A DNA stretch of 63,470 bases, filler included, from Intoshia linei (Eukaryota; Animalia; Orthonectida): NCBI GenBank assembly GCA_001642005.1. It is 5 parts of 5 records of this genome, joined end to end, with 100 filler letters (N's around TTAATTAATTAA, not from the genome) between each part and the next. Parts side by side here need not be neighbours in the genome. Positions count along the whole stretch, not along the records: positions 16,849 to 26,664 come from LWCA01001335.1; positions 26,765 to 42,533 come from LWCA01000898.1; 3 more parts are not named here. One strand, given 5' to 3'. The position numbers and the translations under genes are program-made. The stretch's first letter is position 1. The number at the start of each line of letters is the position of its first letter. Positions 24,354 to 34,870 of the stretch are shown in pieces. The notes beneath the pieces were generated by a model. It saw only the letters and a list, made by a program, of their open reading frames with translations, searched no databases and was not told where the DNA came from.

Positions 24354-25105
24354 ATGAACCGAAAAATTTTGACGCAAAAAACTATTGACCACGTAGTAAA
24401 TTATTTAAATGAAAAGCGTCCATCAAAATTTATCCAAACGAGTTTATTAATAAGTTCTGCAACCTTATCTCGAATCCGTAACATATCATATAATGAAGAA
24501 AAAAATGTATACATTTCATACAATATAAAAGATCACAGTCAATTCAGAAAAAGTCATGAGAACAATGAAATCAAAAAGAATCGATTAAATCGTAATTTAG
24601 AAAAATATTTGATTTATAATTATCATTTTATGCATAGATTCGCATGTGAAGAATATGATTTTTTATAAAAATGATAGTGACATGTCTGATAATTTAGAGG
24701 TAAAAATAACTAAATTAAGGTAATTAAAAATACTAAATTAGTAATTAATTATTTTAGAAATCTGAGGCAGATGAGCCGCTTAAAATTAAAGAGACAAATT
24801 TACGTTTTGATGCAAATCCAAAACCAAACAAACTTGTTCATCAGTCACATGTTAAATTATTAACAGAAATTATTATGGCCACATCAATAAATGAACCTAA
24901 ACATGACCACGAATGGCTTTTCAATTTTCTAACGTCATTATTTGGAGAAATACGCGTCAAATCGATTCAAACACTTGTATACAGTAAAATTTGTTCCAGC
25001 AACCCTAATTTCAGTAATATAGCAAAAATTTTAAGTACTCATGAACAACGTTTCTTTCCTCTCTTTATTCATTTAAATCACTTGGAATTTTTAATAAATG
25101 TTTAG
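24354..25105 (+). CDS. Orphan 3-exon gene, 215 aa, with an N-terminal helix-turn-helix-like segment
   Basis: Exons 24354-24591, 24638-24699 and 24758-25105. Introns of 46 and 58 nt are GT-AG and phase-consistent, and the spliced product has no internal stop. Confidence 0.65.
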
Positions 25106-26021
25106 TTATTTGTAGTTTTTTCCTCTGTCCGAATAGATTTAAAAATATTTTTAATATGTTGATGTACTTTTATGTATACACTAGCTTGATTGTTATGTAG
25201 TCTGTACAAACAGCAGCTAGCTCTGAAAAGGATACCGAGGTTGTGTATTTTTAATAATTCTACTGGTTGATTCAAACAATAAGGATAATTGGGGCTTTTG
25301 ATCTTGATGGACTCAATTTGCGATGGGACCTCGAATATAGGTAAAAACGGCACAACTTAAATAATTACAATTACATAGCAATGAAAATACAATTGTATTA
25401 AATGCCATAAAATGTTTTTATTTTGTAATATTGGTTGGTTGTACAGTTTCTCATTCTTAACTGGGGTCTATAGGACCAATTTTATGATTAATTTAAAAAT
25501 TTGAATACCAATTTTTGTTTTGGTTTGATTTACATTTTTACTGTTTTGGTCATTATGAATTATCATTAATTTTGATCAGTATGAACTGATGTTTAATGAA
25601 TAATACGTGGTAAATTATAATGGGTGTCCATTTAATTTTAAGCTATTACAATGAATTATACTTTATTTTAATATCTTTTACGTAGATCCAATAACTTTTA
25701 AGCTAATTTTTGAAAATTTGTACTTAATTTCCAATTCTTTTTAAGCTAATTTTAAAAACTGGTTAAAATTGTAATAATTAAACAATTTTTAAAATATATG
25801 TGTTAATGACAGTAATATCTTCATTTAAAAAATATCAATGTGTTTTCAAGTACCTTAAAAATTATAATAGTTTGTTCTTTTTTGGATAATTTAAACCGTT
25901 TCAAATTCATAAATCAAATGATAGTAAAATCACATAACCGTAAAAATATACTAATACAGTGGAAATTTGATTCTAAAAACACTTGTTAATACATACAGCA
26001 AATACTAAATTTAACTTTATA

Positions 26022-26664
26022 GGGTATTTATATTTGTTTTTGCACATTACAAGAAAGTTTTTGCATTTTACAGAAAGGTTTTTGCACTTTATTTTTTTGT
26101 CAATTATGATGAAATTGTAACTAATATACAATCTTGTAATTTAATAAACTTTCAAATTTATCTTATCGACAATAACATGACATTAACTAGAAAATCGATA
26201 AGCAATGATATCCGAAAAAGGGTGGTAGAAATGCATGAAGAAGAAACGTCGAAATCAGCTATAGGTATATATGTTATTTTTTAAATATATATTCTAATTA
26301 GGTGTTATTCTTGCAATCTCACGGGAGCAAGTAGGACACATAGTTAAAAAATTTGTTACAACGGCACCATAAATACTGAGTATAATAATTGTGATAGAAA
26401 AAAAATACTTGATGAAACCCAGAGTAATTTCAGTAAGGATGATCTTGACAAAAAGGTTGAAATATCCTTAAAAGAATTGAAGACAATGGTTTTTGAAAAA
26501 TTTAACATAAATTTTTCTTTGTCAACCATTCATAATTGCCTAAATAATTTTCATTACACTTTTAAAAAAATCCACTTACCACCTGTAAGAAGAAATAGTA
26601 TAGAAAATATTCAAAAAATGTTTCTATTTGTGGTGTATACAATAAATATGGAATGGAATATTAT
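26022..26664 (+). mobile_element. IS630/Tc1-like transposon 5' half with an intron-containing transposase
   Basis: ATG 26177 gives MTLTRKSISNDIRKRVVEMHEEETSKSAI, then a 37-nt intron (26265-26301), GVILAISREQVGHIVKKF, one frameshift, and SLKELKTMVFEKFNINFSLSTIHNCLNNFHYTFKK (winged-HTH). The left end follows a TA. The element is truncated by the gap. Confidence 0.75.
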
Positions 26665-26764
26665 NNNNNNNNNNNNNNNNNNNNNNNNNNNNNNNNNNNN
26701 NNNNNNNNTTAATTAATTAANNNNNNNNNNNNNNNNNNNNNNNNNNNNNNNNNNNNNNNNNNNN
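26665..26764. other. Assembly gap with TTAATTAATTAA linker
   Basis: 44 N + TTAATTAATTAA + 44 N. Confidence 0.97.
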
Positions 26765-27330
26765 AATTCTATTTGAAATAATTACGAAAATTTGAATTAT
26801 ACAAATTTACTTTAATATTAAATTTTATTTTCAAATGACTGCTTAAAATTGTGAATAAAAAGTTATTATTGAGTGGGCTTAAACTAAATAAGACCCATTT
26901 TGGCTTATAATAATACACAATTTCGTTCATTTTGCACGCTGTTATTTCACCTAAAATTAATCTGGCTTAAAATACACTGCTCAATTACTTTGTTTTGTTA
27001 GTGTAATGCTGTTTCTATATTGATCTCAATTATTGTTCAATTGGTAGACATAAAATTTTTCACGACAGGGGTGAATATAACAAAAATATGTGTCATAGGG
27101 GGTGAATGCTCAAAAAAGTTGAGAAGCACTAATCTAACGCATCAACGTTGATTTCTAAAATTTTGCTTACACATACGTCTGAATGCGACAAATATAAATT
27201 GTTTTTTTAGAAATATTACGAAAAATTTTATTACAATAAAAATGCTCACCAAACTTAAAAAAATTCCATATTTTAGTGTAAATGATTGACTTTTAAATTG
27301 ATTAGAAGTGATGCATATGCATATAATGTA

Positions 27331-27610
27331 CTAGGTTGACTGTTATATACTACGTACAAAAAGGACCTAGCTCTGCCGAGGGCACATTTTTATTATACTT
27401 AAAAAATGAATTTACGTTGAAAATCTAATTTAAAAATCTTACTATTCACTATTATCAATCCTTTAAAGCAGTGGTTCCCAAATTTGTTTTAGGTAGAACC
27501 ATCATATCACATTACTTTTTACTTTAAAGTGAATCATTCCATTTTAATTTTTTGTTTATTAACATTTGCATAAAGAATTTTAAAAACAATTGGTATCTCA
27601 TTGTTTTAAT
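27331..27610 (-). mobile_element. Helitron 3' segment
   Basis: A|CTAGGTTGACTGTTATATACTACGTACAAAAAGGACCTAGCTCTGCCGAGGGCAC, collinear with 22812-23070. Confidence 0.78.
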
Positions 27611-29294
27611 TCTTTTCTCTGCCGATTTATGGTAAAACCGGTACAAACAAACGGACTTATTTAACCGTTTGATTACATAAAAACATAAAACCTTATCAAA
27701 GTTTGGTTAAAAAAAATCTTAAAAACCCCCTGATAATAATAATAAAATTATATAGTTATAAAATAATATTTTATAACTGTGAAATAAAATGCGATCCATT
27801 TAATATTATATAACGAAAGGAATATTTGTGTTTCAATATTTAAAATTTGACTATAGTTCATTTTATGGGTTTTTACCAAGGTTCAATATGAAATTATTAT
27901 GTATTTATTAGATTTTTAGAGTATTTTAACCATCTCTAAGACCCAAAATAAATGATCTATAGATACATTTTAAAAATGGACTTAATAATCACATAACCAT
28001 GCATATACCATTAAATATATTTTTCCATTATAAAATGTATGAGTAATACTCATTGAGTATACATGAATAAAATTCATTTTTAATTTTAATATATTATAAT
28101 AGAATAAATTTCAAATTTAGAAATGCAAGTAGAATAGCGAATTAAATGTTTTTGCTGACTAAGTGTTTTTTCTATTTTAAAAATACACAAATTTAATGCT
28201 AATTCCCCATAAAATCCTCAAAATTACCATTAAATGTGATTCCCATTTTTTAGCGTGTCACATGTGAGTCACATTGTGTAGAACCTTTCTGTACGTCAAC
28301 CATTACAATATTTCATAGAATGGTGATAATTCAAATAATAAAACTTTCCACAAAAAAGTATCAAAAATTAAAAATAAAATTGAACATATATGTTACCAAC
28401 TAAATTAAAAAGTTATACTATATAAAATAAATTTTAAAATATTATCATTCGAAACATTTAGAAATCCTTACTTATATATTAAAACTTAAAAACATTTGTA
28501 GCTTAATTATTTATATCAACAAACTCTGAAATCATATCGTCTATTAAATCGTTATAGGTTAAATTAATTAAAAATATTATTTATTTACAATATTATTCAT
28601 TTCATTCATAATAAATGTCGTTGCTAAAAATTTTTTTATTATTCAATTTTGTAACTAATCATTCAACTTATTTATATTTTATTGACTTGTTGATGTACGA
28701 TACGTTAGATAAATGAGAGTGAGTATTTAACATTTTAGGAATATTACATACTATTTATATAAAATAAAATTTGAAGATTATTATTTTTTATTAGCTGCTA
28801 AAATAATCAGAATACAAATTTTTAAATGTTTACTTGCTAATATTGTAAAAATTGTATTTTAATTTTATTATACAAAGTCAACAATGCATAATACAATTTA
28901 AACAGTAAAAAATGTATTTTAGTTACTAAAAAATAGATGCGTTACCTATGATGTGTCACGTATGGAATGATTTTATTGTTGTACTGGGTGAAGTGATTTT
29001 CTATATATTTAATATAGAAAATGTTACAATTGAACATCATTTTTCAACGCGTTGTAATGGAAAATATTATAAATAGCGTCTATTGTAAATAGTAATGTTT
29101 CGAAAAAAAATATATGAATACTAAAATAATTTTTTGACCGTGAAGGTGTTACTTATTCAGATTGATATTTTTGTGTGTGTTAACAGGATACAACTGTACC
29201 ACCTGTAAATTTTTTCAATTCTAGGGCTGTTTTCATTAAAAAAAGAAGGGTAAATTGGGGTTTTGGCGCTGAAAATATATTTTTTCTATATATA

Positions 29295-31498
29295 TCCTAA
29301 CTTATATAAAAGGCTATGCGATTTTTGTTTGTGTGTCTGTCTTCTGTGTGTCTCACTTTATTTAAATAACTAGCACTCTTAGAATTTTTTAAAGACCACA
29401 TTTCAATTACAGTTTTTTCTGGGACGTATAATAAGATAAATTTAAACCTCCCAATTTTACATCTTACTAGTCAAAAACCCCAGTTGTCCCTTTTTTTGTA
29501 AATTAAACAAGTTGGAGAATTTAAAAAAATATATACGCTGATGCGGATTTTAAAATCATGAACATTATCATAATTTTAAATGCTGATGCGGATTTTAAAA
29601 TCATAAACATTATCATAAATTTAAATTTAAAAAAATACACTGATGCGGATTTTAAAATCATAAACATTATCATAAATTTAAATTTAAAAAAATCTTCAAG
29701 GCCAAAACCTCAAATTACCCTTCCTTTTTTTTGAAAACACCCCTATAATTTCAAAATTTACAGGTGGTAGAGTTGTATCATGTTAAAACACATAAAAAAT
29801 TTCAATCCGAATAAGTGACGACTTCACAGTCAAAAAAGCATTAGTATTCATATATTTTTTTTCCGAAATATTTTATTAACACCAAAAATGTAAAATAATT
29901 AACGGTCCGAAAATTAAAAAAAGATTATTCTAATAGAGCTTAATCCAGTTGGTATAAATACAAAATTATCGATCATTTATTATTATTATTAGTGAACGTA
30001 AACATTTTATCAAAATTAAGGGAAGTTTAATTGAATAACGTTAATAATTTTCACGTGCCTTAAATTTAATCTATTTAACGATTTAAATTAGTTGGATAGT
30101 AGAACCCAGAGCCGAACATTTAAAAATTTTGCAAACGAATAGTAGTGTTATATAACCCTATCCACATCTCTAAGACTATTGAGTTGGCAGATTAAATTTA
30201 AAATACAAATTATTAATGATATTCAAGAATTTTTTAATGCTCAATTTAGCAAATTAATGCTTACATTTTCTTCGAGATCCCTTTGACGTCGAATATCGGA
30301 TACGGTAGGTTTGGCACTGGTAGTTTGTTTATCGTATACATTATGTGTGTATGTATAAGTATGTTTGAAATAAAATAAATAAGTACAGGATTACGTATAA
30401 TTAAGGATACTATACAATATCGACTCATGACCGACAACGCAACAATAAATGGTATTATGCAGAGACAATAGATATGGAGCGATATATCTGAGTCGTATTG
30501 TATCATACCACAACAAGAAGAATTCATTGAAATATAATGAACTTCGGTTAATGTTTATTTTTCGCATGCGACAATATTAATTAAATATTACTATACCACA
30601 TATATTACTAAAACTTCACTATACCAAATATGGTGACGTATCTTTAAGTTGATTTTTGTCATCTCCAAATTTTACGTCGTAATGATGAAAGAGTTATAAT
30701 ACTAATTTAAATATAATGTTCAATATACCCACTAAATAAATTTTACACTATATATCATTGATTCTCAACCTGTGACACGCTATTAGCGTGTCCTTTTTTT
30801 TATTTTTTATGGCAGTATATTTTTAAAGAAATTTAAATAATTTAAAGTAATTATTCTGCAAGTGTTAGGGTTTATATCGTAGACCCGGCGAGACCAAAGT
30901 ATATATTGACTCAATCCATAAATAATTTGATAACTTATTTTATTTTAAATCACTATGTCAACTAATTAAAATAAATTTTTTCTTTTGTGCTATTGAAAAT
31001 TTTTAAGTAAATAATGCAATAAAAAAAATATTAAATAAAAAAAAAAACGGACTAGCTGACCCATTGTCATTGATCTATCACTTATTATGATACACGTATT
31101 AATGTAACTTAATTATTACTAGCTTAGCTAGTTAGTCTATTAAGTATGTATAGGTACAAAACAGTAGTCTGATAGAGCTTATTCCATTTAATATAAATAC
31201 AAAATTTCAAACCCAGAAGTCTATGCATTCCCGGTAAAAAATAATTTTTAATTTATTATCAACCAATATTTTTCAAACGTTGGATTAAAATTAAAAATAA
31301 TTAATATTAATAAATTTAATTGTATTGTAATCAAATCAATTTTAGAAATCAGCGTAAAAGTGAGTGAAAATGTTGACAATAATTAAATTTTATATAGTTA
31401 AATTTTCTTATTGAATTTATTTTTCTAGTGGAATAAAAATGTCAGTTCTCGGCATAGTTAGGATGCTGTTTGTACGAATTATATAACAGTTATGCTAG
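29295..31498 (+). mobile_element. Apparently complete composite non-autonomous Helitron (~2.2 kb)
   Basis: 5' A|TCC at 29295 and 3' hairpin CTGTTTGTACGAATTATATAACAG + CTAG|T at 31495-31498, with no TSD. Family sequence occupies 29295-29965, 31168-31290 and 31395-31498 around unrelated cargo. Confidence 0.68.
29538..29692 (+). repeat. Three tandem copies of a 45-57 bp unit inside the Helitron
   Basis: CTGATGCGGATTTTAAAATCATAAACATTATCATAAATTTAAAT occurs three times here and once in the 13187 and 34392 copies. Confidence 0.85.
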
Positions 31499-33165
31499 TG
31501 TATAATAAAATCTACGTGCTAAAATGTTACGAGAAAATCAAAATTATACGTATGTAAATTAACCGGGTATCATTATAATTAAGAAAGTATAGCAATACAA
31601 GATTAATTAATTTAAATTAAATTTATTATAAAAATTTAGTTTCGATTTAGATTAATAAATTAAATTAAAAATAATTAAAAGTGCTCATAAATTAAATGCG
31701 TGCAGATTTGATAAATAGATTTTAGTTGCTATGACTACATTAGTCATATAGTTCAAAATTTAATTTTGATTATATTTAGGTGAATTGTGGTTAAATAACT
31801 GTTTGATTTATTATTTTAAAAATGAGGTTCAATACGTTTAAATATTTTTCTTCTTATCAAATAGTACACCAATTAATATCTACAAGAATGTTTATTATAA
31901 AAAAAATTTTTTTAAAATCATACCACCTATTAATTTGTATTTATAATAATATTATATATTATTTGAATATATTATATGTTATCTAGGGTTTAAGTTGGCA
32001 ATCTTTATAATAAATAATGAACTTAACTTGGATCAGTGTAACATAAAAGTGGTAATTATCAGAAATTAATATAATAACTATTTACCGATTTTATCTTTTT
32101 CAATGTCACGATATATGGTCTGCTCCTACTTTCGATGAGTAAAAAATATCAATTTCGTATCAATAATCAACGGAATCACCATTTTAAAAAAAATATTTCC
32201 GATGAATTTTACGAATACTGTTATAAACAAATGATTTATAAACTATCCCAGAATCTATCCTAAGTCAGATAGATACTAAGTTAACTAGCGTTGTATAAAA
32301 TTCTGGGATTTTTTGAATCTTGATCAAATTATATATATATAATATATATAATCGTATATTTTTTATAGTTCTAGGACTGGTTTGAATATAAAAAAAAGGA
32401 AAATTGGGGTTTGAACCTTGAAGATTAAATTTCTGAAAATTTATTAATTTTTGTATTTACGATATAAACGCTATATTACAATCAGAAACAATTAATGGTA
32501 CTGATCTGATGTGCGTTTATCATTTTAATAGTACGCGACAGTTACTATGCTCGGAAAAATATTTGTACTTTATCAGATGAATTTTAAATTTTTACCCGTT
32601 TAATATTTGTTGATTAATATTTAAAAATGTATTTATATTTGTCTGAGTGTTTATATATAAGTTTATTTAAGGAAATAAGACGAGTCGATTTTTAATGATT
32701 CCACATTAAAATTACAGTTTTTCAACAGTCTTGTTTCATCGCAAATTTAAATCCAGGAATTGACTCCTTCAAGCTCAAAAACTTTAATTTTCTTATTTTT
32801 TAATTCTAACGCGTTCTAGAATTATAAAAAATGCATAATCTGATCCAGATTTATAAAATCATCAACATTGTGGTCATTTTTATTTAAACTTTTTAAAAAT
32901 ATAGTGTTAACACAAATTGGTATGACCAATAGTCATTTCGAAAAATAATATTTTTCAAAGAATTAAGAAATATATATAAGAAATAAAAATATATTTATAT
33001 AGAGTGGAAGTAAATAATTATTACCAACTAAATCAAATCTTTATTCACTAATTAATACGGAAAAAAAAATATAATTTATGCTTAATTTACAAATAAAAAA
33101 ATAATTATTTTTTGTTAATTCATAAATAATAAAATGTAATTACGTCCTTCATTAAATATTAGATA

Positions 33166-33365
33166 CTAGCTTGACTGTTCTGTATTTCGTACAAACAGAA
33201 TCATAGCTCTGCCGAGGGCGGACATTTTATTTTTTCTTATTTTTTTAATTTATAAGACAGAATGTGTTTATAATATTAAAATAAAGTAAAATCAGTAAAA
33301 TCCTAACAATTGTCATAAATAGCATAAATTCTAGAAAAATAAAATTCTAAAAACCTATTTTTTAA
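33166..33365 (-). mobile_element. Helitron 3' end with internal deletion
   Basis: A|CTAGCTTGACTGTTCTGTATTTCGTACAAACAG...GCTCTGCCGAGGGC, which then jumps to sequence matching 23065-23160. Confidence 0.72.
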
Positions 33366-34391
33366 TTTTCAATGTGATAATATATATTCAGTACAAAATA
33401 ATAAATAATTAAAAATACCAATTATGTATCAATTAATTAAAATAATAAAATATATAATATTTACAATACTTAACGGAATCAGCACTTTAGAAACATATTT
33501 CAGATGAATTTTACCAATATTGCAAAGGATTGTAATGAATATAAAAATAATATTAGCAAAGTTGTATTACTTTCAGTTTCGTTGTAAATTTTAGTTTATG
33601 TTAATTTTAAAAAGGTAGCTATAAAAAGTCCACATTGTAGAATCACAATGATGAAACAGATCCATAATGGAAAAATAACTGAAAAAATCCATCAGAATTT
33701 AAAACAATTAAAAAATTATTATTATTAATTAGAATAAAACAATTTATATTGTTGAATAACTGTAACATTCAAAATTTGAATTTTGTAAATTTGTAAATAA
33801 ATAATAAAACAAATTCGGGAAAAAGTAAATTTATACACTCAAGTAAACCAATGAAAATGACCAATTCTTCCTACTAATATATAATCTATTTTTAAAGTGC
33901 TGAATCTGTTAATTATTGATACAAATTATTTTTATTATTTTATCGAAAGCAGATACTGAATATATACCATCACATTATTAAAAAAGAAAATACCAATTTA
34001 ACAATTAGGTCAAATTTCAATTTAAAATTTGTAGGATTGTACTTTTTTACTTTATTTTTAAAAAATGAAATCACAAAACTGTATTTAAAATACTTTATAT
34101 ACTTTTAACCAAAATAAAATTAAGTGTCAATAATTTAATATAAATTTATTATAAGAAGAATGAAATAACCGAAGCATCATAAAGTTTCTAGAACCTCTCC
34201 TTTAAACTATTGATAATATGAATAGCATCACTTTAAAGTAATAATTTATTTTTGAAATTATTTTTTGGCTAAATTAAAAAAGTTGACCTTTTCCCGAACT
34301 AGACACTCTTTGTACGATATATAATACAACTAATCTTGTGTAATTATAAAATATAAATTATTTACCAGCTAAAAGAAAAGATTATACATCA

Positions 34392-34870
34392 TCCTTACTT
34401 ATATAATATGCTACGCAATTTTTGTTTGCGTGTGTGTATCTGTTCCACTTTATTTAAATAATTACTCGTCTTAGAATTTTATAAAGTCCACATTTCAGAT
34501 AAAGTTTTTTTCGGAGTGTTCGCAAAATAAATTTTAACCTCCAAACTCACATCGTACGTGTCAAAAACCCCAATTGTCCTTCTTTTTGAAAATCAAACGA
34601 GTGGGAGAATTTAAAAAAATATAAATATAAGCTAATACGGATTTTATAATTATAAACATTATCATAAATTTAAATTTTAAAAAATTATATTTTCAGGGCC
34701 AAAACCCCAAATTACCTAAAACAGCCCTAGAATTTCAAAAAATTTACAGGTGGTACAGTTGTATCCTGTTACTACAGAAAAATTCAATCTGAATAAGTGA
34801 CGACTTCACGGTCAAAAAAGCATTTTAGTATTCATATTTTTTTTTCCGAAATATTTTATTAAAACAAAAA
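34392..34870 (+). mobile_element. Helitron 5' portion
   Basis: A|TCCTTACTTATATAATATGCTACGCAATTTTTGTTTGCGTGTGTG, collinear with the 13187 and 29295 copies. Confidence 0.75.

Noticed and set aside
29538-29692. CRISPR-like direct repeats
   Set aside because: The units are contiguous with no unique spacers, there are no cas genes, and they lie inside a eukaryotic Helitron.
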